Assembly (NCBI GenBank): GCA_016794365.1
Contig: JAEUKB010000025.1
Span: 1 to 52,692 of the forward strand
Direction of reading: 5' to 3'
DNA from: Myxococcales bacterium
GTDB taxonomy: Bacteria; Myxococcota_A; Polyangia; Palsa-1104; JAEUJZ01
DNA: 52,692 nt
Of this stretch, positions 10,828 through 19,010 are shown piece after piece. The notes below the pieces were generated by a model. The model had not been told where the DNA came from. It ran no database searches and was given only the letters and a program-made list of their open reading frames with translations. Numbering within the stretch: the first letter of the stretch is position 1; every line of letters starts with the position of its first letter. A program made the translations under genes and the position numbers.

Positions 10828-12054
10828 TCACGCATGTTTCGGTCCGCAATGTGACACGCCGCTTGCTCGCGCCGGTGCTCCAGTCGGTCCGTGTCGGTGC
10901 GCTGTCGCCATTGCTGAAACTTGGAAGATGTCCCCGACGACGACATCGTCCGCTTTCGCCGTTGCGCCACCGGCAGACAGGCTCGCTGGGGCAGCAAAGG
11001 TGCCGTTGCCGTTGCCAGCGACGAAGCTGACCGTTCCTTGCGCACCATGAGAGATCGCCAGATCCAGCTTCCCATCGCCGTTGAGATCCGCTGCTGCGAT
11101 TCCCGTCGAGCCAACCGGGATCGTCAGCGAGCTTGGCGCTTTGAACGTTCCGTCGCCATTGCCGAGCGCGATCGTCAGCGAGCCCATGCCGGTGCCGCCG
11201 CCCGGATTGGCCACAACCATGTCCAGCTTGGTGTCTCCGTCGAAGTCACGCAGCACCACCGCGTTCGGAGAGTTGCCCGTCGCAACCGTCGGCTTCGCAG
11301 TAAACGTGCCCGTGCCCGTTCCAATCAGCACGCTCGCCGTGTTGCTTCCCGAGTTCGTCACCACCGCATCCAGCTTGGTGTCTCCGTCGAGGTTGGCAAA
11401 CGCGATCGCGCGCGGCTGCTGGCCCACATTCGTGGTCATCGCCGTCCCAAACGTGGAGCCGCCATTTCCCGGCAGCAGGCTCACCATGCCTGGCGTCAAA
11501 AGCGACACCAGCACATCGGGCTTGCCGTCGCCCGTAAAGTCAGCGACCACCAAGTTGCGCGGACCGTTGAGCGAGTTCGTCGCCGTGCTTGCGACGGGCA
11601 TAAAGCCGAAGGTGTTGCTGCGATAGCGCAGGATGTTGCTCGCGCTGCCCGACTTGCCGTCGGGATTGGTCACCACAACTTGCGTCGCTCCGCAGGTTCC
11701 CGCTTTGCCTGGAACCGTCAGCGTGATCGTCGTCGGAGAAGTCACCATCACATTGGTTGCAGCAGTGCCACCGATCGTCACCGTCGCGCCCTGGACGAAG
11801 TTCTGTCCGGTCAGCGTGATCGTCGTGCCGCCCGTGTTGCCGATCGCCTCAGGCGAAGCCTGCGTGACCACCGGCGCTGCAACCGTCGTCATATCGACAT
11901 CGCCGCCAGTCATCGTCATATCCGCAGTCGTTCCGCCTGCATCGGTACCCGACGTGGTTTCGTTGTTACAGCTGGCAACGTAGGAAAGCGCGAGCACAGT
12001 TCCCAGTCCCAGACCCAGCAGCGAGCGAGTAAAGCGAAGCGTCTTAACTTTCAT
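10828..12054 (-). CDS. Secreted lipoprotein with an IPT/TIG-like domain and FG-GAP/VCBS (integrin-alpha-like) repeats
   Basis: 408 aa. Signal peptide plus lipobox (VASC). Repeats such as DFTGDGKPDVLV, DGDTKLDAVV, DFDGDTKLDMVV and DLNGDGKLDLAI alternate with G-rich strands. The long + strand track ORF 10921..12165 is antisense to it. Confidence 0.7.
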   Translation of the reverse strand: MKVKTLRFTRSLLGLGLGTVLALSYVASCNNETTSGTDAGGTTADMTMTGGDVDMTTVAAPVVTQASPEAIGNTGGTTITLTGQNFVQGATVTIGGTAATNVMVTSPTTITLTVPGKAGTCGATQVVVTNPDGKSGSASNILRYRSNTFGFMPVASTATNSLNGPRNLVVADFTGDGKPDVLVSLLTPGMVSLLPGNGGSTFGTAMTTNVGQQPRAIAFANLDGDTKLDAVVTNSGSNTASVLIGTGTGTFTAKPTVATGNSPNAVVLRDFDGDTKLDMVVANPGGGTGMGSLTIALGNGDGTFKAPSSLTIPVGSTGIAAADLNGDGKLDLAISHGAQGTVSFVAGNGNGTFAAPASLSAGGATAKADDVVVGDIFQVSAMATAHRHGPTGAPARASGVSHCGPKHA

Positions 12055-12245
12055 ATCTGTGAACCTCCAGTAATCGGATCCAAGCCAAGAATTCCCCTCC
12101 TCGCCATGTTGGTTGCGTATGCGCTGAACCGCAAGACGAGAGGCCGTCTATTGGCCAATTCATAGCGCAGCCACTGTCTGCTTGCGATCTTCAATCAGTC
12201 AAAGCCGCGCAAGACCATGCCAAAAAGAAGGGGAATGCAGGTTGA

Positions 12246-12635
12246 TTAGTTACACTGGCTGAGCAGGACGCTGACGTTGCTTGTCCCACCGTTGGAGCTG
12301 ATCAGATCCGGCTGTAGATCTCCGTTCAGATCGCTCGTTGCGACAAAGAATGGACCCGTTCCGACGGTGTAGACTGTGCCGTTGCCGAACTTTCCGCCGG
12401 TTGCGCCGAGCATCACGCTTACGTTGGCACCGAGCTGGTTCGCCGTCACCAGATCGAGGAATCCGTCGCTGTTGAGATCCACGCTGATCAGGCTGTTCGG
12501 GCCCATGCCGCCGGTCGGCGTCGTCTGCGGCGGCGTCGAGAACGTGCCGTTACCCTGGTTAAAGATCACGCTGACGTTGTTCGTACCAGAGTTCGCTACC
12601 GCCAAATCAGGCTTCTGGTCCCCGTTAAAGTCCAC
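12246..12635 (-). pseudogene. N-terminally truncated FG-GAP repeat paralog, likely a gene remnant
   Basis: 129 aa of FG-GAP-like repeats (DFNGDQKPDLAVANSG..., DLNSDGFLDLV, DLNGDLQPDLI). It has no signal peptide, and an in-frame TGA lies 15 codons upstream of the first Met. It abuts the low-GC island 12636-13090 and is a paralog of the intact gene 10828..12054. Confidence 0.5.
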
Positions 12636-12912
12636 AATCCATGTTCTCGAAGTTCCGTCTGAAGATGATGAATTCTCTGCAATTGGCTCAGGTTTAAATC
12701 AGCACATGAATGACATGCTTGTGTATGTCTTCATCATGAAGATGAGTACAGTGGACTGGAGCAATCAGTCCGCAAAAGGACAGATACGTGATAACGATCG
12801 AAAATAAGCGTATAGATAGCGCTGTGTTGAAGATATGAAGCACGCCATATTCATCGCGGAAAGCGTCATGTGTGTCAGCGTACGCTGCGTGATTTCAGCA
12901 AACGATAGACTT

Positions 12913-13036
12913 AGAACACCTCACAAAACCGTCATGAGGAACCCCGAGTGCAAAGAGGAGGACCGGAGCGTACGCAAGTACGTGAGGACCGACGATGCAG
13001 CAAACGGGGTCCGCAATAGGTTTTGTGAGGTGTTCT
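12913..13036. repeat. 124-bp element bounded by an 18-bp perfect inverted repeat (AGAACACCTCACAAAACC ... GGTTTTGTGAGGTGTTCT) with nested internal palindromes
   Basis: Read directly: left arm 12913-12930, right arm 13019-13036. Inside are GGAACCCCG / CGGGGTCC and CGTAC-GCAA-GTACG sub-palindromes, so the whole unit can fold into a long hairpin. It lies within the low-GC island 12636-13090. Confidence 0.7.
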
Positions 13037-13049
13037 TACTGTGAGGGAA

Positions 13050-13090
13050 CAAAGAAGAAAGGCCGACGAAGACATCGGCCTTTGGAAACA
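13050..13090 (-). terminator. Rho-independent terminator downstream of the cysteine-rich lipoprotein gene
   Basis: On the minus strand a GC stem (AGGCCGA....TCGGCCT) is followed by a T-rich tract (TTCTTCTTTGTT). It sits 18-50 nt after the stop at 13108. Confidence 0.5.
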
Positions 13091-13107
13091 AGCGCGGACA
13101 AGCGGTG

Positions 13108-13794
13108 CTACTGCGGGAGACGGTTGCCTCGGCAGACGCCCTTGAGGCAGACCGAGCCACCCTGACACTGCTTGCTGTCGGTGCAGGTCGAAAGGCAGTA
13201 CGCATTGATGCAGCGGAATCCGCCAGAGCCACAGTCCACATCAAAGACGCACTGCTTGGTCGTCGGTGCTGGATCCTCGATGCACGAGCCAGAGACGCAG
13301 ATTTGACCGAGTGCGCACTTGGATCCCGTGACGGCACACGAGGAAGCACAGGCTCGGTTTACGCACTGGCTACCCGAAGCACACTGCGAGTCGGTGGTAC
13401 ACAGCGCGCCCGCGACGCCGCAGATGGCCGAATCCGACGGGCGACAGCGACCTGACATGCAGTTTTCACCGCTTTTGCAGGAAGAGCTGTCTTTGCAAGC
13501 ATCCACGCACTTGGCGAGGTTGCAGACGCGATTTGCTCCGCAGACGGCATCACTGTCACAGCTGGTGACGGTGCCAGAGGGCGGCGGATCCGCAGGCTTG
13601 GTCGGGTCGCCAGGGACCGGATAGCAGTTTTCGCCAAGACAGGCGTAACAGCCGCTCTGATCACAGTAGCGGCGCTCAGCCTGTTCAGGATCTTTTTCAC
13701 AGCCCGGCAGCGCCGACAGAAGCGCTAAAGCAAAGGGCACGACAACGGTTGAAAGGCGACTGGTTCCAGCTCGGGAGATCGCAGTGCGGAGCAT
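13108..13794 (-). CDS. Cysteine-rich secreted lipoprotein (Myxococcus-type cysteine-rich repeats)
   Basis: 228 aa. Signal peptide plus lipobox (LSALPGC). About 40 Cys are arranged in recurring C-x-D/N-x-x-x-C-x-S/G-G-x-x-C-x-x-x-x-C units, similar to the C-terminal repeats of the giant protein at 23268. Confidence 0.6.
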   Translation of the reverse strand: MLRTAISRAGTSRLSTVVVPFALALLSALPGCEKDPEQAERRYCDQSGCYACLGENCYPVPGDPTKPADPPPSGTVTSCDSDAVCGANRVCNLAKCVDACKDSSSCKSGENCMSGRCRPSDSAICGVAGALCTTDSQCASGSQCVNRACASSCAVTGSKCALGQICVSGSCIEDPAPTTKQCVFDVDCGSGGFRCINAYCLSTCTDSKQCQGGSVCLKGVCRGNRLPQ

Positions 13795-13990
13795 GTTTTT
13801 CCTCCAGCGACAGAGCTTTTCAAGCTTTTACAGTTCCATCCTACAAGCCCCGTGCCGCATTGCTAGCGCGTTTTCTGTGCTGACGCGCATTCGGGAAATC
13901 GGGGGCTCGGGCGGTTGATTGTGAACAATCGTTAACGAACCGATAGTGAACCATGCTTCGCGTCGCAGGGTGCGCTACCATGCCTGCGAT

Positions 13991-14668
13991 ATGCGAACGT
14001 CTGCTCTGAAACCTGGCGCAGTCACGGTGCTTGTGTGGTCTACGGTCGCAGCGTTGTGCAGTGCTGGCTGCGTGGGGCCTGCGGTGACAAGTCCATCTGC
14101 GACGCTGAAACGCTATGCAGAGGCGCTTGCCAAAGACGACTCTCATACGGCGTATCTGCTGCTGTCTCCGTCTTTGCGAAGCACGCTGCGCGAAGAAGAC
14201 TTTGACAAGCAGTGGCGAGACAGTCGCACAGAAAGAGACGAGCAGAGACAGCAAGTTCTGACGCTGCTTTCGATGGGAACTCGCGCGATGTCAGAGCGGG
14301 CCGAGCTGCGACTTGCGTACGGCTCTGTGGTCCATCTGTCTGCGGTTTCGAGCACGCTGGGGAAGAGCTGGCTGCTGTCTGATGCGAGCTTGCGGGCTGT
14401 GTCGGCGAGTACTCCAGCGGATGCGCTGCGACTGCTGCTGCTGGCGGCGGAGCAGCGTAACTTTCCAGCGCTGCTGCGGCTTTTGTCTTCGGAACAGCGT
14501 CGTGCGTTGGAAGCGCAGCTGAGCGAGCGAATCGAGCGTCTGCGGGCGGCGCTTTTGCGACCAAACTTCGAGGTGAGCGGCGATCACGCTCGCATTGAGT
14601 ACGATCCGCGCTTTTTCATTGAGCTGACACGCGAAGGCGACGGCTGGCGGATCACGGACTTGAACTGA
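13991..14668 (+). CDS. Hypothetical lipoprotein
   Basis: Track ORF is 13946..14668. I trimmed the start to the Met of MRTSALKPGAVTVLVWSTVAALCSAGC (signal plus lipobox). The remainder is Ala/Leu/Arg-rich with no family I recognise. Confidence 0.5.
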   Translation: MRTSALKPGAVTVLVWSTVAALCSAGCVGPAVTSPSATLKRYAEALAKDDSHTAYLLLSPSLRSTLREEDFDKQWRDSRTERDEQRQQVLTLLSMGTRAMSERAELRLAYGSVVHLSAVSSTLGKSWLLSDASLRAVSASTPADALRLLLLAAEQRNFPALLRLLSSEQRRALEAQLSERIERLRAALLRPNFEVSGDHARIEYDPRFFIELTREGDGWRITDLN

Positions 14669-14691
14669 TTGCTGTGCGCAGCGCTCCGTCA

Positions 14692-15726
14692 CTATGGACG
14701 ATGTAGCAAAGAAAACAGCAGCAGCAGGCTGACCAAAAAGAATCCGACGGCAGCACTCGCGAGCAGCGGTAGCCAAACACCACCTTGCGACGGCTGCGGT
14801 TCGGGCGCTTCCGGCTTGGCGACGGGCTGCGGTTCCAGGTTCAGCGGTGGATCGCTTCGATCGAGAGAGCGCAGCATCGCTTCGAGTCGCTGCTCGACCA
14901 TAGCCATCGTCGGTCGCTCGCTCGCGGTCTTGATCAGCATGTCTTCGATCAGCTTGATCAGTTCTTTGGGCGTCTCGGGTACTTTGTCCCCGAGCGGCGG
15001 CGGCGGTGTGTACAGATGCAGCGAGCGCAGTCGTGAGCCTTCACTCGACGGAAACGGCGGTCCTCCTGCGACGGTTTCGTACAGCACCACACCGAGTGAA
15101 TAGACATCGGCCTTGCCGTCTACTTTGCTCGCTCCGAGCCACTGCTCCGGTGCCATGTATTCCGGCGTGCCCAGCGCCACACCGTCGCGTGTCTTGACCG
15201 CTTCGGCGCCTTCTTGCTGATGTTCCGCCGCCAGCTTGGCCAGTCCAAAGTCGAGGATCTTGACGCGCTGACCGCCCGGCACCGTGTCGTCGCGCATCAC
15301 CATCACGTTGTCGGGCTTGAGATCTCGATGGACGATCTTTTTGGCATGCGCCGCGCGCAGTCCCGACGCAACCTGCCACGCGAGCCGCACCACTTGCAGC
15401 GGCGACAGCGTTCCGCGATAGCGACGCAAGGACTGACCTTCCAAAAACTCCATGATGAGAAACGGCATTCCGTCGGGAAACTTGCCGTGATCATGGATTT
15501 CGACCATCGCTGGATGACGAATCAGGTTCGTCGCCAGTGCCTCGTTGAAGAAGCGCTTCACCAAGTCTGGATTTTTGCACCAGTCGGGATGCAGCACTTT
15601 GATGGCAACTCGTCGCTGAAGCGAGACGTGCGCGGCTTCATAGACTTCGCCCATACCGCCATGTCCGATCCGCCGACCGATGCGGTGGTTGCGGACAATC
15701 TGGCCTTCGGTAAGAAGCGGCGGCAT
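14692..15726 (-). CDS. Serine/threonine protein kinase with a C-terminal transmembrane anchor
   Basis: Hanks kinase motifs are present: GxGxxG (IGHGGMGEV), VAIK, HRDLKPDN, DFGLA, GTPEYMAPE. A Pro-rich linker and a C-terminal hydrophobic helix follow. Start taken at Met11 (the track start at 15756 is also possible). Confidence 0.85.
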   Translation of the reverse strand: MPPLLTEGQIVRNHRIGRRIGHGGMGEVYEAAHVSLQRRVAIKVLHPDWCKNPDLVKRFFNEALATNLIRHPAMVEIHDHGKFPDGMPFLIMEFLEGQSLRRYRGTLSPLQVVRLAWQVASGLRAAHAKKIVHRDLKPDNVMVMRDDTVPGGQRVKILDFGLAKLAAEHQQEGAEAVKTRDGVALGTPEYMAPEQWLGASKVDGKADVYSLGVVLYETVAGGPPFPSSEGSRLRSLHLYTPPPPLGDKVPETPKELIKLIEDMLIKTASERPTMAMVEQRLEAMLRSLDRSDPPLNLEPQPVAKPEAPEPQPSQGGVWLPLLASAAVGFFLVSLLLLFSLLHRP

Positions 15727-15813
15727 GTCTACAGAGTACAATAAGCGCCGGAGCAAATTCAGTAGCCGATGCTGGCTCTTGCCAATCTGCTCGTCGGTCG
15801 CTAGGGTGCGCTC

Positions 15814-16551
15814 GTGCCGTGGATAGCGCGGCGTCTTCGCGACGCCAAGGTCTTTGCAGCGTGTCTGCCGAGTGGAGAGCTAGCAGCCGGTCCCGATCAG
15901 CGGGTCGATGTCCTGTATCGCTCGGGGGGAAAGCTGTATCGAGCGTCGGCCAAGAACCTGGCGGAAGACGAAGACACGCGCGTTTATAGCGACGAAGAAG
16001 TCCATCCCGCAGACGAATCGGCAGAGCCTGCGGCCAGCGCTCCGAGTGCAAAGACACCGAGTGCGGCCAAGTCGTCGTCGAGTGCATCAGGTGCTTCGGC
16101 TGCCAAAGAGCCACATCTTCGTCAGGCTGCTGCGGGGGACGCCGTTCATATCTACACCGACGGAGCGTGTACCGGAAATCCCGGTCCGATGGGACTTGGC
16201 GTCGTGCTTCTTGATCCAAGTGGCGAAAATGGCAAGCCAATCCGTCGAGAACTGAGCGAATACCTGGGCACTGGAACCAACAACATCGCCGAGCTGACCG
16301 CGATTTTGCGTGCGCTACAGATCGCCGATTCCCGTCGTCCGGTGGTGATTTACACCGACTCTAGCTACTCGATTGGCATCCTGTCACAAGGCTGGAAAGC
16401 CAAAGCCAACCAAGAGCTTGTCGCCGAGCTGCGCGCGCTGCTCAAGACGTTTGTGCGGGTACGCTTCGTCAAGGTCGCGGGTCATGCCGGTGTCCCAGAA
16501 AACGAGCGCTGCGACGAGCTGGCTCGTCAAGCGGTGGCACGGCGAGCCTGA
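15814..16551 (+). CDS. rnhA: Ribonuclease HI with an N-terminal extension and Ser/Ala-rich linker
   Basis: The C-terminal roughly 150 aa carries the RNase H catalytic motifs IYTDGACTGNPGPMGLG, TNNIAELTAIL, IYTDSSY and HAGVPENERCDELAR. The N-terminal roughly 90 aa plus linker is unassigned and may be a hybrid-binding domain. Confidence 0.8.
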   Translation: MPWIARRLRDAKVFAACLPSGELAAGPDQRVDVLYRSGGKLYRASAKNLAEDEDTRVYSDEEVHPADESAEPAASAPSAKTPSAAKSSSSASGASAAKEPHLRQAAAGDAVHIYTDGACTGNPGPMGLGVVLLDPSGENGKPIRRELSEYLGTGTNNIAELTAILRALQIADSRRPVVIYTDSSYSIGILSQGWKAKANQELVAELRALLKTFVRVRFVKVAGHAGVPENERCDELARQAVARRA

Positions 16552-16624
16552 CATGATGACAAAGTTTGCGACCCGGCGGCTGACATGATGACGCAGCGAG
16601 CGTGCAGTCTCGACGGTGACAGTC

Positions 16625-16640
16625 TGGCACCTGGCTTGCA
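16625..16640 (+). promoter_or_regulatory. Sigma-54 (RpoN) -24/-12 promoter: TGGCAC-N5-TTGCA
   Basis: Read directly: tggcac (16625-16630), ctggc, ttgca (16636-16640). This is a perfect match to the GG-N10-GC core and the extended TGGCAC-N5-TTGCW consensus. It sits about 60 nt upstream of the lipoprotein gene start at 16703. Confidence 0.6.
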
Positions 16641-16702
16641 CTTTTTCGCGGCTGGCGAACCACTTCCCGTAACATGTGCTGGCTTTGCCAAGGAAGACAG
16701 CG

Positions 16703-17227
16703 ATGAACCAGTTGATTTCGGACTCTGTGAAACTAGCTTTCCGTCGGACTGCGCGTAGCCGCTGGCTTGGGTTACTGTCGCTGTGTCTGTGGTTTGTGTC
16801 AGGTTGTGCGACGGCTCCGACCATTCCGGGCACCAAGATTGCTGACACGCCGCTGCATCGGGTACTGCTTCAGCGCGTCGAGGAATATCGGCTGGCGATG
16901 GAGCAGCGCGAAGCGGGCAAGCTGCTGACGCTGGCGCATCCGAACTACTACGAAGACTCGGGAACACCGACGGCGCAAGATGACTATGCGTTCGCTGGGC
17001 TCAAGCGCGTGCTGGAATCGCGGCTGTCGTCGGTGCGCTGGATGCGCTATCTCATCCGCTATCGCGATGTGAAGGTCAGCGGCGATCATGCCAGCGTCGA
17101 TATTCGCTACGACCTGAGCTTTCAGCTGATGACCGAGCTGGGCGAAAAGTGGGAGCGTCGTCAGAACGACAAGCGGCTGGAGCTCATCAAGGATGGCGAC
17201 CGCTGGCTGTTCATTTCCGGGTTTTAG
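16703..17227 (+). CDS. Hypothetical lipoprotein (NTF2/SnoaL-like fold suspected)
   Basis: Track ORF is 16676..17227 (GTG). I chose the ATG at 16703 because AAGGAAG lies 7 nt upstream. Signal peptide plus lipobox (WFVSGC). Downstream of the sigma-54 promoter. Confidence 0.55.
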   Translation: MNQLISDSVKLAFRRTARSRWLGLLSLCLWFVSGCATAPTIPGTKIADTPLHRVLLQRVEEYRLAMEQREAGKLLTLAHPNYYEDSGTPTAQDDYAFAGLKRVLESRLSSVRWMRYLIRYRDVKVSGDHASVDIRYDLSFQLMTELGEKWERRQNDKRLELIKDGDRWLFISGF

Positions 17228-18236
17228 CCGCCTTCACTGCCGTCGCAAGCTGGGTCAAAAGGGCTCGATCTTCAGGAAGCTGCGACGCGCGCAGACAGTC
17301 CACCGCGAGCAGCCGGACCGCAATCGGCAGCGTTCCCGCCGCAATCGCGCGTACTCGTGATAACACCACCGTCGGAACCACAGACTGCGCCGTCACACCC
17401 GGCTTGCTCGGCTTAGCGAGCGTCAGCGGCCAGCACAGCTCTTGCGACGCAGCCACCGCGAGCGCATCGTCGGGCTGGCTTACCAGCGTCAGAAGCTCTG
17501 CGCGAGACGCCTGCTGATGAAGCACCGACAGCGCTGCCAGCACCGTCGTACGGAGCGGAGCTGGTTCTCGCTGCGCCAGCGCCATCAGCCTGGGGGCCTG
17601 CGCTTGCCAGCCTGAAACCGGCAGCGAGAGCAGCGCCGACACCGCCACACTGCGCGTCAGGATGGGCAGGCTGCTCTTTTCCGCCATCGTCAGCAGGCGT
17701 AGTGGCAGCACCGTCACATCGGCACCACAGCCCGAGTCGTCGGCTTCCTCACAGCGCAGCGAGCGTCCGAGCACCGGGCTTAGGCGCAGCAGCGCGTCCG
17801 ACGCTGCCTGACGAATTCGCTCGTCGCTGGTTTGTTCGAGCAGCTCGCTCAGCGGAAGCACCGACTGCGCCGCCAGCTCGGGATTGTGCTCACCCGAGAG
17901 CGCCAGCGCCTTGAGCGCCAGCAGCGCCGTGCGTCCTTTGTCCGCCGTCGGTCGCGTCGCCAGCTTCAGCAGCCGCGTCGGGCCCAGCCGGGTCGCCAGT
18001 CGCTCTAGCTCGACCACATCGCTTGCGACGCTCGGCAGATCCGTCGGTCGAGGCATCACCACTTCAGGAAGCAGCAGCAGCACCAGGGTTTGCAGCGTCA
18101 GCATGATCGAAAGCGCGCCGGGCGGCGTCTTGTCCATCTTCGCACAAGCGAGCGCCACGTAAAGACAGCGATCCAGGCTTGATCTGCGTAGGTTCGGAAG
18201 CGGACTCGTGATCTCCACAATTGACGAGACCGGCAT
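17211..18236 (-). CDS. Hypothetical Leu/Ala-rich (HEAT/ARM-like helical repeat) protein
   Basis: 341 aa, strongly alpha-helical low-complexity composition with no recognisable catalytic motif. It is divergent from lexA, and coding is supported only by ORF length and position, so confidence is modest. Confidence 0.4.
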   Translation of the reverse strand: MPVSSIVEITSPLPNLRRSSLDRCLYVALACAKMDKTPPGALSIMLTLQTLVLLLLPEVVMPRPTDLPSVASDVVELERLATRLGPTRLLKLATRPTADKGRTALLALKALALSGEHNPELAAQSVLPLSELLEQTSDERIRQAASDALLRLSPVLGRSLRCEEADDSGCGADVTVLPLRLLTMAEKSSLPILTRSVAVSALLSLPVSGWQAQAPRLMALAQREPAPLRTTVLAALSVLHQQASRAELLTLVSQPDDALAVAASQELCWPLTLAKPSKPGVTAQSVVPTVVLSRVRAIAAGTLPIAVRLLAVDCLRASQLPEDRALLTQLATAVKAAKTRK

Positions 18237-18246
18237 GGGAAAGTAG

Positions 18247-18274
18247 CCTCACATTCGTTCAGTCTTTTGTGAGG
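18247..18274. promoter_or_regulatory. Candidate LexA operator (SOS box) overlapping the lexA ribosome-binding site
   Basis: CCTCACATTCGTTCAGT (18247-18263) matches 13 of 17 positions of the Myxococcus-type LexA box CTRHAMRYBYGTTCAGS, which I am recalling from memory, including the GTTCAG core. It is also embedded in an inverted repeat CCTCACA-N14-TGTGAGG (18247-18274), 6 nt upstream of the lexA ATG. Confidence 0.45.
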
Positions 18275-18279
18275 TCCGC

Positions 18280-18993
18280 ATGCCCCGCGTCAAAAACTCG
18301 TCCCACAGCGCTGCCGGAGGTGCCGCTCCGACTGCGGAGACCCGACGCCCGCTCACGTCTCGTCAAAAAGAAGTGCTGTCGCTGATCAGTGAGTCGATCG
18401 ATCGACGTGGCTATCCACCGACGCTGCGCGAGATTGGCGAGCGGCTCGGGATTCGATCCACCAACGGCGTCAACGATCACTTGGTTGCGCTGACCAAAAA
18501 AGGGTACTTGCAGCGTCAGGATCTGAAGTCGCGCGCGCTGCGGGTGATGACCGACGAGCACAGTGAGCCACCGCCGGAGCGCTCGGGCGATGTCGTCGAG
18601 GTTCCACTGCTCGGGCGCGTCGCAGCGGGTCAGCCGATCCTGGCGCAAGAGCAGCACGAAGACAGGCTGCGCGTCGATCGCTTGCTCATCGGCAACCACC
18701 GCGAAATCTTTGCGCTGCGCATCCAGGGCGACTCGATGATCGAAGCCGGAATCAACGACGGAGACTTCGTGTTCGTCCGCAAGCAAGCGACCGCCAATCC
18801 AGGCGACATCGTGGTCGCGATGATCAGCGACGAAGCAACCGTGAAGTACTTCTATCCCGAGCCCGATCGCATCGTCCTAAAGCCCGCCAACAGTCGCCTG
18901 GCTCCGATCTATGTCCGGCGCGATGAGTTCCGTCCGGTGAACCTGCTCGGAACCGTGGTCGGCCTGTATCGACGCTTTCAAAACAGCAACTAA
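18280..18993 (+). CDS. lexA: LexA repressor
   Basis: 237 aa. N-terminal winged-helix DNA-binding domain ([16 protein letters not shown]...[20 protein letters not shown]). The C-terminal S24 peptidase domain has the catalytic Ser (GDSMIEAG) and Lys (ATVKYFY). Confidence 0.9.
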   Translation: MPRVKNSSHSAAGGAAPTAETRRPLTSRQKEVLSLISESIDRRGYPPTLREIGERLGIRSTNGVNDHLVALTKKGYLQRQDLKSRALRVMTDEHSEPPPERSGDVVEVPLLGRVAAGQPILAQEQHEDRLRVDRLLIGNHREIFALRIQGDSMIEAGINDGDFVFVRKQATANPGDIVVAMISDEATVKYFYPEPDRIVLKPANSRLAPIYVRRDEFRPVNLLGTVVGLYRRFQNSN

Positions 18994-19010
18994 GCGATCC
19001 AATTTCCGCT

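Noticed and set aside
12836-13044. 69-aa ORF inside the low-GC island
   Set aside because: Composition and codon usage are unlike any gene in the window, and it spans the long inverted repeat, so the 'protein' would be encoded by a palindrome. More likely non-coding.
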